A stretch of 64,000 nt of DNA from Tubulanus polymorphus (taxonomy: Eukaryota > Animalia > Nemertea): NCBI RefSeq assembly GCF_964204645.1, contig NC_134031.1:8494001-8558000 (forward strand), read 5' to 3'. The notes beneath the pieces were generated by a model, which worked only from the letters and a program-made list of their open reading frames with translations, had not been told where the DNA came from and did no database searches. Made by a program: the position numbers and the translations under genes. Positions 38,511 through 51,907 of this stretch are shown here, piece after piece. The first letter of the stretch is position 1. Each line of letters starts with the position of its first letter.

Positions 38511-39925
38511 TTTCCCATTGCTGCGATACAAATATGACAAAGGAACCATTCTTGAATCGTCTACATCGTTTTCATCATCAATGAGTTTATTCAGCTTTTG
38601 CGAACAAATCATACATACAATGCTATCAGACATTCTAAATTTAATGAATAAATACATAACATGTAAGCATCAAAGAAACTGAATTTACAAAATGTAATGT
38701 TAACCATGAACTTAAGATTAATAACCTCGAGCTACTTTTGGAAAAACAGATAATACACGCAGAAGTAATGGACAATCTGACCTCTTCCTTGACCTAGAAG
38801 AAACAAAAGCAAAGAGACCAAATTAGACATTTCTGTAGAATAACTACTGGCAGGATCAATTTGACAATTATAGGTTGATGCTATAAATGATGGACAGTTT
38901 GTAGTAGTACGTATATATGATTTTACCTGATTATAAGCACTGAGCTTTGTTTCGACGATATGTATGGGACATGTGTATGTTCTAATCAAATGACAATCTT
39001 TTTCTTCCAGACCGACACATCCAGGATGAATGAGCCATTTACAACTTACATTCGAACATTCCATAACATGATAGTTGCTATAAAATAAGAAGAGAGTTAG
39101 TTTTTGAATCTATGGAGTGAATAGTTTTCAATTAAGAATTATTGATATCTTCAATGTATCATATTCAGTAACGGTATACTGGTTTGAATTTCATACAATA
39201 ATGAAGGCAAAAAGAAATTATAAAATGAAATCCTTTGATTCAGAGTTTAAGTGGTTTTGTTTCAGGTAAAAAAGAAATAACATATCTTGCAATGTAATAT
39301 AATGCAGTTACGTATTTTGTATTGGTCTTGACTGGAAGTACAACCATAATAAGTCACATATAAGCTATGTGGGGGGGGGGGGGAGATTGTAAGGTGAAGC
39401 ACATGTGAGAATGAATAAAGGGCTAATATGCGCCATGAGTGGTGAAGACCTCTGCAGATCCAAACACAACATTCTTCAAGGGTGGTTCATTCACATAGAC
39501 ATGTAGATTAAATGATATCATTAGGGCGTTTTTAATATACAATTTCAACAATCAAGAACCTTTGGCATTTTATACCAACTCCTAGCTTTCTGATGCATAA
39601 TTTCAGTGAAATTTTTGGCTCAGTCATGTAAATGTTGACAATAAAAAGATGTGCTACATCTTCAAGTCAATCAAGATCAAAATTACTGCAAAGATGACAA
39701 AACGTTCCAACTTCACCACAAGAGTCATCATTATTTTTTCGGTAATCATTTTCCCAAAAAGCTAGTTATCCATTGTTACCATTCTTTCATGTTCATGCTG
39801 CTGATCACTTACTCATTTTTCTGTGCATTACAAAAGCACAATAATGGACGTTTGTTGTCTTCATCCGTTAAATTACGCAGTATATCGAAATTTTGCCTTC
39901 TTTTCTGGACATTTGTACGCTTTAA
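38511..39925 (-). CDS. PHD finger and CxxC..CxxC exons of the integrase gene
   Basis: Exons 39925-39813, 39077-38927, 38793-38726 and 38634-38511 splice in phase: LLCFCNAQKNDNYHVMECSNVSCKWLIHPGCVGLEEKDCHLIRTYTCPIH...CIICFSK...VCMICSQ. Confidence 0.75.
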
Positions 39926-41740
39926 CTTCAGACAAATGGGGTTAAATCATTAATAAAGCATACCATACCACTATCAATTTCTATTTTCACAACTCATGCG
40001 CATATGGCGCTTTATTAGATTTTTCACATACCTGGGAGACCGTTCGATAAGTTCTTCTTCTAAAAGTGGACAAAATTTTCAACAAAAGAAATAAAATAAT
40101 GTATTGATTTTCAAAGTCATTGATATAGTGCTGTGTAAGGATAACCTTGTTAGGAGATACTTAGCAATGCTGACCGATTTCCAAGGTCCAGAGTCTAATG
40201 ATCTAGTTTTCTCATTAATGCTATAGCAAAACTCAATCAATGCTAGAATTCGTTTATATTTTCCCTTCAAAGAATTCACCCAAATTACTTAGTGATAAAA
40301 CTTAATATCATTTTTTAAGTCAATGTACAACACATCTGGTTTTAGGTATCAATCCTGCATACGTATGTTGAAGCATGAATGTAAACCATCTAGTTTGAAG
40401 AGTTTGTTGAGTTATTGATTTTCTATAAATTTGATTAAATTTACTACAATTGGTATCCACTGCACAATTAATACTTACTCTTTACAAATTTTTCTTTTTT
40501 CAATATGTCCATCATCATTGTTCTGTTTCTTATTTTTCACTGGTACTAGGCTAAAAGAAAAATACACAATACACTGGTAAAAAATGAAATGGAAATATAT
40601 GTGTAAATTAGTTTCAAATTTGTTGATACATTTATGGCATGCATCAACTTACAATTCATTCATATTTAACTCATCAAGCTGATACTGCATAAAAAAGAAA
40701 GAATCAAACGAAGATCATGTTCAAATGCAAATCATCTCAAAATACTCCTTTGATAATAATAATAATGATGATTCACATTAATATGTTACAGTGCAAAAAG
40801 CATTCAGCAAAACTTTGATAGGAACAGCAAAAGTAATATGTCTATAATGACTAAATGTATTAAATTCAATTCCTATTATTAATTTGACACAAGAATGAAT
40901 GATAAAATTGATTGTTAAGCGCCATATTTCAAACATTCTTTCATATGGATCTGAAGTGTAGAACACATACACTAATAAAAACAGAAACAATTAAAAACTT
41001 TACCTCATTGACGATTTGATCAACACAATGTCTGATCTCTTCGGGTACAGTTAAGTCATCCCTAAAATGGTGAAAAGTCATCAATTTAACTATCAACTTT
41101 AAATGTTCCATGATTAGGATAAATAAAGTAAGATATTTTCCTGGCCAAAAACTTACAGCATTTCAAAACTTGTTTCCGATGAATCCGAATCGTGAACCGC
41201 AAGGGACTGACACTGTAGGCAAATGAAAATGAACCAGGGGTCCAGTGACACCATACCCACTTAGTGAAATGCATTGCAACCTGACAATTTCAATATTCAA
41301 TGCCCCTGGTAAATATGTATAGAAACCAATGTCCGCGAAACTCACCACAAACATAGAATAAGTCATGGGCTACAATTTTACGTTTTCTGATTGTGTTTTA
41401 CAAAATGTGTAAAGGTACTAATATTATAGGGAACATTATCAAGTATATTATAGGGATTTGAAATGGTTGCATTAAAATAATCTTCAAATATAATGCTAAT
41501 ATCTCACATTTAATCATCAACATATTTCAAGTTCTATGTACAGGATATTTGTATTTAGTTACAGATCACATAAAAGACTTTTCTGTTTGTCTTATTAACT
41601 GGTTAACAAACGTTTGCTAATTATACACTAGTGTCTCAAACTTATCATAAACTTATTCAATAATAATCTGTAGGTAGCTTTCATTAACACCATTGACTAT
41701 ATTAGTACGTTATATGTTTGTAAAATGTAACCAATTACTT

Positions 41741-44700
41741 ACGTTTAACTGTTCTGTATTTTTGTTCATAACATGATTATTTCTAAAAATCACAGATTGA
41801 TATCAAATACATGTAATTCTTCTTTAGATGATTGAAAGCGAAAATCACATCGAATGACCAATAAGACATACTATATAAAATATGAATAAGATGTAGAATG
41901 CAATGTAAACTTACTCGCATGACTTTCCTGAGTGGCAACTAGCTGTACAAATTACACCCCTCTTCTTACACAGACATCTTAAAGTCGAGCAATTTGCTTT
42001 GCAGTGGCATCGGCTAGCTGGTTTCAAAGAGTGTGACATTGCCATCGCAGCTGTTCTTATCGGCAATTTGGGAACTGATCCCCACCCAGCGACAGGAATA
42101 TCAAATTCCCCAACAAACCGTTGCAGCACATCTGCTCGCAAGGCAACATCTAAGACTCCGTACTTGGTTCTAAAAATGAGGATTAACAGAATAAAGAATA
42201 GAGCTGTTAAGACTTTGCTTTACGATTTATGAAATTATCTGACAAACCGTATTATATAAAAGTTTCCATTCTTAAACTTTTTCACTTGGACTACCACACC
42301 AGGGAGTCTACGTAGATCTATTTTGTGGCGGTCTTGCTCAGGAATTTTCACCGTTACAAAATCCCCAACTTTGAATATTAGTTGTTCTTTGTATCCCCTT
42401 TTCAACATCATTTTTGCGCCGTTTAAGGAGGCAAGGTTAGCAGCCATCCTAATTTTTTGGTGAGCTTCCTTAGTTGCTAGCTCATTAGCAACCTTAACTC
42501 TCTTTATTGGCAGCTCACTAAAATCAAATCCCTAGAATGGAAGTGGTGCATTGGTTAGCCAGCTTAAAATAAGGCCAAATGTAGTAAGTAGAGTTTAGGT
42601 TATAGCAAAGTGACAAGTTTTGTGCATTGTTAAAAAGGCTTACTTGCGAAGTGGTTGAGGCATTTGGTTCCATCTGAAAAAAGTTGAGTGATATACAGAT
42701 ATGAAAATTGGTAAACACTGCACTTGCAATAAATGTCAATTTTCTGACACTTGAAAAATTGTTAATTTTTTAAATATACATCTCTTAGAAATGCCACAAA
42801 GTTTACATTAATGAAATACTGTAAGTATCCCTTTATAAAATGCAAGTTGGCAGTTATCTTTTCTCAGGACAAGATTTCAATGAGCCTTATTCTGCAGGAG
42901 ACGAGATAGACATATTTGTATTTAAAATTAAATCGAATATATACACAAGATAATCAATCAAGCATGTACACACCGTAATATCTTCATCACTCTGAATTGT
43001 TATGGCCTATGAAAAAGAATATGGATTACTGATACTTGTTAAGTATTATAAAAAAAACATGCATTAAGATAATATCTACAGCCTGGCTCTGTTTACAAGA
43101 TGTTGATTAATTTTGAAAGGTATTTTGACTTTGTGATACTACTGTATTTGAAACTTAATTTCTTACTACACCCTACAGGGCCATAGGAACGAATTGTGGC
43201 CCATAATGACGGCGTAGCAGGCACAAAGCACTAAATGGTCATAAAATTTTGAAAAATTATATCATTTAGGTACATTCTGAGTACTTCCTGGTTGAAATTA
43301 GGAATGATATAAGCTCACAGTTTCACCATTTCTGCCACTAGGTACTATGGAGACCTACCCTAGGCATGTAGGAAGTCATAGGCAAGAGTCAGAAAATGGG
43401 GGGGGGGGGGCATGGCTCCCCGGTTCCTACAGCCCTGCCCTAAAATAGATTTTAGTGAGTATTAGTACATACTTCTGCATTGCCCTCCTCTTCGTCATTA
43501 TGTTCATTTGACTATAATCAAATACAATTTCTTATAAGGACTGAATAATGATATAAATACCATTTGCTGAAGTAACTACAAATTTTACCTGAAGTGCAAT
43601 ATTTGGGGGTTTTTACCCATACACACATTCATAGGGGGTACATTTTATTCGTGTGGAATACGTAGTGTTGATCATATCTAAAGAAGCAAAAAACATTGAG
43701 CATATAGGGGAAGCATATTATGAATTAATCAAGATATCGTGTTCAATTTTACTTACACATAATTCGTGGTAAATAATGATGCCATGGAAATTCTCCTTTA
43801 CCAGTGAAAGACGCTTTGAATGAGGCAATTTTATCAGCCACGATACGATGACCCCGTTCTACTAAGCCCTGGCTCTGGGGATGACGAGGTCTACCATGGA
43901 CAATTTTACAGCTGGAGGGCCATTCAGACAGAAGATCACCCAGTTCCCGGTCAGAAAATTCACCTCCATTATCACATTGAAGAATTTTGGGCAGCCCAGT
44001 AAAACTGAATAGGATCCTGAGAGCATCTTTCACATCAGTCGCAAATTTCCCCTTCAAGGGCCACAGAAAATGAAATTTGGAGGCATGGTCAATAGCATGC
44101 AATATGAAGCGATAACCTTCTGTTTCTTGACGTTGCATATCAATCAAGTCAACCTGAAATGAATATACATGTATGAATTAACGATAATAGTACTCAGACC
44201 TTAAATAAAAGTTATGTCTTACCTGAATTCTTTCGAATACATTTTGGCTAATGATCGGAATGACTGGGGCTCTGCCAGTTTGCGATGATTTCAGTGTGCA
44301 CACTTTGCATTTTTTCAAGGTATTCCTTACATGAATTCGAATGACACCGAAGTAGTTTTCTTGAACCTGAAAGTTGATCTTTTGAATAAGTGATTAAAGA
44401 TATGATTAACTAAAACCTCAGGGAATAATTTTACCTTTTTAAATGTAGCATTCTCTCCACCATGCCCAATAGCCTCGTGACAGGATAATATGATTTGATC
44501 AAAATCTTCCAAAGGGATAACTCTGAGTTTCCTTGAAACCTGAAACAACCCATTTGGAGCAAATGAATAACTTCTGTACATACTGCAATAAAATGATATT
44601 TTCCATGTAAGATACGTACATCACTTTTGCATGGTGCAACTACATTCTTATCACCGTTTTCCTCCTCTTTTAAAGTAAAACCTTTGGTTTTGACCTGCAA

Positions 44701-45157
44701 AATAAGACGAAGCATCACTTCATAAATCAGTTCTATTATGAGAAAATTGTAGTGATACAAGACGTCAAGCATTCACAACGAGAACATTTACCTGATGTCG
44801 GAATTTGGCTAAGCTTTGGCTGTTGGGAAAATAATTCTTAACATCTGGATGCATTGGGTTTTCAAGAAACTGTTTGACAACATCCAGATATTCTTTATCC
44901 ATAACTGAGCTATTTTTGGCTAAAAAATGAAACACCTCTATTCACATTCATACATAGGCCTAATGCCTTATGAAACCAATCATTTTAATTTGTGGCCTAG
45001 CAGTAAGGAAAAAGATTCATTCCCACCAGGAAATCATTTCTGATTTTATAAAACAAAGGTATTTTATAAAGCAAAGGTGAGAATGTATCTGAATAACCCA
45101 TGCTATCTTAGCTTACCTCTTTTTTTCACATCAGATCTTTTCACATCATCTGTAATT
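41741..45157 (-). CDS. KRBA2/SCAND3/GingerRoot-type retroviral-like integrase (H2C2 finger, DDE core, SH3-like region, CXC)
   Basis: Exons 45157-45117, 44919-44792, 44694-44620, 44539-44435, 44366-44223, 44153-43757, 43677-43589 and onward. Motifs CHEAIGHGG, CKVC, IQVDLIDM, LQCDNGGEF, GRPRHPQSQGLVER, TPYE, FKVGDFV, CHCKANCSTLRCLCKKRGVICTASCH. Confidence 0.9.
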
Positions 45158-47797
45158 CTGTTATAAAATGAATGAAAATTTATTGTAGCGAATAAATTGG
45201 CCAGCTTTTAGTCTCAAGTATCTTACGTAATAAAATGAACAATTTTGTATCCTAAAACAAACTGAACCATAAAGCGAATCTTAGGTTTAACCACCAGCAT
45301 TTGTGGGCATTGAATAATATTTTGTACCAATTGTGCTCTTTTTTTAATCAATAAAGTTTTCTTGGTTAAACTAGTTAAACTGACAACTTCGAAAAATATT
45401 TGACAGCCAAAATTTCAATATTCAACACCCCCTGATGAACAAATACAGCAATAGATGAATGACACTGACTTTTAAATGCCATAGTGCCAATCAATTGAGC
45501 ATATATACCATAATATTCCATGGTTAACATATAGCAGAAGCCATCGCCTTCTAACTCAACATAACCATACCATATCATGGGCTACCAATGTGCAATTGAT
45601 TGGGTTAACAAAATATGCATACGTACCAATATAAAGGGAAAATATTAAATTTAATATCAAACTATCCGTGGTGGGGAGAGAACAAAAGACCACAATTCCG
45701 AGCAAGGAGATGTATCCTACGATAATGCAGTCAATTATTAAACATTAAGACTATCAAGACCTGTTGAAATTTTTCCTGAAAAACCTTTTAGAATATAATA
45801 AGTTTCATAGATAGACTTACTTAGATGATGCTTTCTTAGCAGAGTCATGTGCTTTCTCTGAATGATCTATAGGATTTGTATCTGAAAATCTATCATTAAC
45901 ATGGGATGAAATTCTAGTTTTCTAATGAGCATGTCTCAGTGGAAACGTCATTTCTCAAAACATACTTATCATCATCTGGCATGTGATCACATGACACAGA
46001 AGCTTTAGTGCGACTGTTTGAGGCCTATCAAATATAAAATGTAGAGGGTTGACAAAACTATAAACTACATTCAAATATGGATGCACACAAGTGAGTTCAA
46101 TATGGATGCACACAAGCGAGTGTAAGAGGAAAAAAATCAAGGGCTATAATCTTTAAAAACTAGGTGCGCAATCAGAGTACGTCTGGAACCAGTCCAGTCA
46201 TTCAACCAAATGCAGCAATGAACATCGATGAAACTCCATGAACTAGAGGACTGCAGATAAAAGCATCGGTAAATGACAACAATGCTTAGGCCAACACATT
46301 TTCAGGGATTTTTCACATGCTCTTTCTTCTTTCTCACGAAAAGGTCAGACTCTAAAAAAAGAGCAATGTCTTTAGGGGGGTGCACGTGCCCTCTGCGCAA
46401 ACCCCTGGATCAGCCGCTGACATATCTATATGTACGCACATATAGTGATTGTCCCTATGGTGCCAGTGAAGCCAATGTAGCATGTCCAAAATATCAACGA
46501 AATCCTATGCGCCAGAATCTAAAGGCTTCTTCGTCAGGGCGTGGCTATCTACAAGGGTCCGCCATCGTCAAACAGTCCCGGGGAGTGGTAGTGAAAAGGG
46601 AAAATGTCATCCTCTGAAGGTTGATGAATGAATAATGGCCGACTCCAGGAATAAAAGGTCTAAAAGGGGTAAACTAGTGTCCGAGATGAGTGCGAAATCT
46701 TTCCCAGGTGACTACATTATCTAAATGAAGTCACTTGACCAATCAGGACGAGTGTCTGCCAGGTACTCAATCAAGTCAGGGTCCTTGACAAGATACAAGA
46801 TCAGTCATCCAAACACCGGCTCCTACTTCTCTGGTCCTCGGAGGTGTAGTGTCATTCCAAATGCCTCCAGCACATCACTACTGCAACCAGCCTCTTTGAC
46901 TTGCCCTCACTTACTATGGTCTCACACATAAAATAAGCAAATCAAAAGAGAATTAGTCTTGAAAGATAAACAATATGAATAATGAGAGAAATCTCACAAT
47001 AGATTCAGCCAAAAATGTTAAGTTCTTGAGTAAAATTCTATATACATCGGTATAATCTGATGATGGCTAATAGTATTTAGCATATATGTTGCTCAAAATA
47101 TATACCACTTTGCTATAGAACTTTTCATTTTGGGCTGATTCTATTCTGGGATTTCTCTCGTTAGGCATTGGCTTCCTCCTCTCCTGACAGTGAAAACGAG
47201 AAGAATTATAAACTTAACATATATCGATTATTATTTCATAGTTAACTTGTTCATTTTACAATTTTACAAATAAAATATGCGAATAAAAAAGAATACAATT
47301 CATAAATGAGTAGAGAACTATACATTCATCTTAGTTTAATAATCCTATGTACATATTGCACATGACTGGATACAAGTAGGCCTAGCCTACTGAAATTTAG
47401 CATGATACACTACATCCTCGCACTAATAAAGTAGAGTAAAATGGGCCGCCAAGTTCCACAAAAAGTTTTAACTCTTAAATCGATTTAATTTCTTCATTAA
47501 TTCAGTTTATCTTTTTTTGATCGATTTTGGCTTTAATCCTTTTTGTGAAACTGGGCCCCAGATGGATGGAATAATTAGAAATATACGTACCCGGTAATAA
47601 CATTCTAATCCTTAGCCATTACATACAATTTCATAGCGATACAATAATCTAAAGGTGTGAAAATGATCAGACTCCATTGCAAGATTCAAGATTCAAACAA
47701 GTCACACTGATCTCCACATGAAACCGACCATTTTCCGACACCCGAAATACAACATCTAAACCTACAACTCATAAACACATACAGGGGCGGCTGGGCG

Positions 47798-48341
47798 ACG
47801 TGTAAAATGTTTCACATACCTGAGGATCGGGTTGGTGTGAATTATCTGCTGTAGTCCTTGTCTGAAAAATAATATTTAGACTCATTACAAATATATATTG
47901 CATCCTAAATTCCAAGTTATGACACATTTTTAGAAAAATCAACGTGTAAAATGTTTCACATACCTCAAGATCGGGTTGGTGTGAATTATGTGCCGTAGTC
48001 CTTGTCTGAAAAATAATATTTAGACTCATTACAAATATATACTGCATCGTAAATTCCAAGTTATGACACATTTTTAGAAAAATCAACGTGTAAAATGTTT
48101 CACATACCTAAGGATCGGGTTGGTGTGAATTATGTGCCGTAGTCCTTGTCTGAAAAATAATATTTAGACTCATTACAAATATATACTGCATCCTAAATTC
48201 CAAGTTATGACACATTTTTAGAAAAATCAACGTGTAAAATGTTTCACATACCTGAGGATCGGGTTGGTGTGAATTATGTGCCGTAGTCCTTGTCTGAAAA
48301 ATAATATTTAGACTCATTAAAAATATATATTGCATCCTAAA
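47798..48341. repeat. 144-bp tandem repeat (~3.8 units); each unit is a candidate 42-nt exon plus 102-nt intron on the minus strand
   Basis: TTTTTCAG|ACAAGGACTAC...CAG|GTATGT at 48293-48252, 48149-48108, 48005-47964 and 47861-47820. Confidence 0.85.
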
Positions 48342-48381
48342 TCCTAATTACCGTTGTATCGTGCATTACTGGCGAGTTTAA

Positions 48382-48679
48382 CCCTTAACCTTCTGGCAGC
48401 AAGATCATTTGCATGTTGATGAAATTAAACTTCCGATTTTTGAAAGAGGGGGTACACTGGGTGGGGTCATTTTTGGGGGCCCAGCGCGAAAAGTGAAATC
48501 ACTTCCGGGTTCAGATTCACGAGTATAGGCAGTTGCCATGTCTTAAGAGGCTCAACGCGCTGCGAGGCGCTTGTGACATAAAAACAATCTTTTAATGCGA
48601 GATAGGCCGGGCTATTGACTACAGTTGCCTACGGCAGATCCCCAGTGTGTCGACTCAGTAGCCTGCAGCAAGTTAAGGG
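48382..48679. mobile_element. piggyBac-like MITE
   Basis: TTAA-CCCTTAAC ... GTTAAGGG-TTAA. Confidence 0.75.
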
Positions 48680-48820
48680 TTAACTACATAAAGTTGAATA
48701 TTATATGACAAAATAAGAAAGAACACATACTGGTACTTTTATATAAAATAGCATGTAAGCATTCTGGGATAGGACCCAATCCTTATTGGCTCTCAATACC
48801 TAAAATAAAGATTAAGTTAC

Positions 48821-51800
48821 GTTATATTGTGCAAATGAACGGAACTAACTTCTCTGTCCTCATTTGATATTATGACAAAAATATACAGGATGTATGCTTG
48901 TTTTTCATATAGAGCTTCTGTGGTTCCAAAGGGTTTGTCCGCAGCGATTATTTTATGATAATAAAACTTTTGAGTCACTTTTGCCTGTAATTGCACATTT
49001 TGCATTGGTTTTTTTTATATAATGTGACAGAATGGGCATGAACCAGATTAAAGAATTAGGTGCTGCGTCAGAATGGTGATTCGCCATAGTTATCTGACTC
49101 ATGTTCAAGACATAGCTGCCAGGTGTCTGATGAATAATCAATAAATGATAAAATATTCCTGGTTGCAAATGATCAATGGATTTACAGTACCTTACTGTCA
49201 TTTGTTTCAAACCATTTACCATCAATATCGCAAACAAAAGATATATAATGTCCTCCTTCCAAAGAAGAGCCTTGATGAACCACAACACTGCAAAGTTTAA
49301 AATTCTGAAAAATATGTGACAGTGTTATTTATGTGCAGTATTCCTAAAAAACTAGAATATCTTCAGTAAATGAGCATACCTCGTTGTGGAAGCTAAGAAC
49401 TTCATCAAATCTCACAAAATCATTTCTTTTTTCCAATGTCTTACTGAATCTTAAAAGGACAAGACAGTCTATTAGTTATAACTCCACCAATTAATTCTAG
49501 AGATACTGTTCATACCGTATGCCATGCGTAAAATACCATTCTACAGGGTGCCTCAAAAAATGTGTTTTCAGTTACACAAAAGCAGTTTAAGCAAATTGAC
49601 AGATTAAGTATTTACCTGTTAATTTGAATAGCTAAACATTCAGGAGCCTTCAAAGGTTTAGTAGATTTCCTTGCAACCTTTGATTTGCAATTTCAATGAA
49701 AAATGATGGAAATGAAATCATAGCTAAAAGATAATACCTATAAATATGGAATCAGTACTTATGATCACTACATGAAATAAACATAACAAACTCACTGGGA
49801 ACACTCATAGTCATCCAGTTCCTCACTACAAAAATATGAATTAAGTAACGAGACAAGGGTTGTGACTCCTTTTCCTTTATCCTTCTGAAATACAAAGAAA
49901 ATCTCAAATGTCATATAGGAACTATTTATAGGAAACATATAGAAATATTCAGCGGTTTAAGGGACCAAAAACACAGCTACACACCCCAAGTGATAGACTG
50001 AGGTTTGTGAATCCATCAGTTTGTGTTGATTCAGTAGAACAGGATCTACAGATGACTGAAAGAGAAAGTCATAAAATATTCAAACAGGGCTTACTGATGT
50101 GAAAATTAAGTGTAGTAAAAATGAATGAATCATTGCTTGAAAAGCTTTGCTACTTAAAATACCTTTTGTTTGAAGAGAACCATGGAAAAACTTAACAATC
50201 CGTTTAAAATCAGAACTGAAAAAATAAACACACATTATATTCATCATCTATCTAGCCTCAATTTTTTGATAACTATAAACATAATTGCATTCGTTCATTC
50301 GCTCGTTGCTTCATTCATTTTGTTTACCTTGAATTTTCATCTTCAATTCTACTCATCCAACGAATGAAGAACTCATGGGCATCACACCGACGTCTTGAGT
50401 AGAACCCTATATCTAAGATAAAATGGGGTGAAAATCAGTTTGGTTCAGTAAAGGAAAGTTGAAGAAAGAAGTGAGAAAGAAGCAAAACCACATTTTTTTC
50501 CAGTTCACCACGGTTGTGTATGAACACCAAACCATCCAGCTCTTCATTATAGAACAGATAGGCAAGGGTCTCATTCCTCGAGACATCACCTACATATTTT
50601 GATCATAGTAGTGTATAACATACATGAATAGCATAAAAGTCATGAAGCGAGGCAACATATATAAAACAGAAAACAGATGAAATAGGAGTGAAATATTCAA
50701 TTTGCACTGGTCATTGTGGTCACCTCAAAGTCTTCAGATACAGAAGCAAGTGGCAATGAGGCTCTAGTCATTTAAGACCCTACTCAAAATTAGGGGATAC
50801 CTATGGAATTTCCAAGAAAATAACGCCTATGTGACTGTCATTGGTTTGGCAAGAAATCATACTATAATTAAATATCATATCAAAAGTGTTTGATACAGGC
50901 TATTCCTAGTATAAGCCCATCTGATCACTTTTCCTGAGATAGGCACATAAAATGTTTTCCTAAATCGCTGCAATAAGGTGAAAAAAGACTTTTGGTGCAA
51001 CCACACAACTAGGACACCACGCCTACTGGCGAAATGCTTGACAATCTGAAAATAATCAAATACCACATTATTCCGTTATTCGCCTGGTGATCATACTCAG
51101 AAACGAATTATGTACCTTGAAACTCACCCAGCACGAATTTCAACACATTATAATGGCAAACCATAATCACTACCATTAGGAAGCTACAGGTCTCAGAATT
51201 CAGGGCACAAGTGACCTTTTTTTGTCAAAATATCAAGGAACTTCATTGAAGCATATTCAAGATTTCCCAGCCAGCCATCTGGAATTTGATCAAGCCAGTT
51301 TTTGGCTCCAGATGCATCTAAAGTAGCTATTAACCTAACATCAAAACAAACCATTGAAGCATCAATTACAGTTCAATTTTCCACAAATTACTGGGGCCTG
51401 TCTACAAACAATGAATGAAAAGTGAACAAATTAGGCCCGCTAGGATTTAAGTCCCAAGTGGGTTAAAAAGCATTTGCATTGTAATGAGACATAATCATGT
51501 GGATTACTTAATACTTAATACCCTGAGATGAAGCCTATATGTGTAGAGTATTTACATAGACAATGTGAAGCAAAGAAAATTGATGAAAAACAAATAGGAA
51601 GATTATATAATATACCAACCATTTTGCCATTATTCTGTCAGGAAAAGGAAATTGAAATATAAACATTAGGTCAAAAACACTTTAATTCTCAAATTACACA
51701 ACTAATCTAGTTTACGAATTAGAGATATTTTATTTCAAATGACTAAAAATTGCAGTATAATGAGAAATTTTGATCAAAGTAAATACTTACTAGGCAAAAG

Positions 51801-51907
51801 ACATTTCATGGCACTAGGATTCACTACATGACTAATATTTGCTGATGTACTTCGCAGAACTAGACACAGATCCTCCAGTGTCTGGGTGAAATTATCCTGC
51901 TTTACCC
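48821..51907 (-). CDS. Ubiquitin-specific protease (peptidase C19/UCH) domain exons
   Basis: Exons 51907-51791, 50406-50328, 50215-50163, 50055-49985, 49884-49796, ~49690-49616, 49449-49380, 49304-49191 and 48984 onward. Motifs CDAHEFF, FHGSL, ICRSC..GFTNLSL, YFCSEELDDYECSHC, APECLAIQINRF, VVVHQGSSLEGGHYISF..GKWFETNDSK, QAYIL. Confidence 0.88.

Larger units (their letters stand above)
36977..51907 (-). pseudogene. Multi-exon USP protease - DDE integrase - CXC - PHD gene (transposase-derived), with a few inactivating lesions
   Basis: Manual GT-AG splicing gives phase-consistent exon chains within each domain block; the joins between blocks are less certain. Lesions: TAA at 43613-43615, AA instead of AG acceptor at ~49691, USP Cys-box exon not found. 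Confidence 0.6.

Noticed and set aside
41911-44581. Integrase interpreted as the Polinton integrase or as an LTR retrotransposon pol
   Set aside because: It is intron-rich, lies more than 20 kb from the Polinton-like copies, differs in base composition, and has no RT, RNase H or LTRs; the motifs fit the KRBA2/SCAND3-type group.
41230-45660. Similar segments at ~41230-41460 and ~45360-45660 flanking the integrase, initially resembling LTRs
   Set aside because: Both are degenerate 3' ends of the HINE-like family (compare 62900-63125) lying in introns.
47769-48335. CRISPR-like or single continuous ORF reading of the 144-bp repeat
   Set aside because: Units are contiguous with no unique spacers, the context is eukaryotic, and the ORF-track proteins read through predicted introns.
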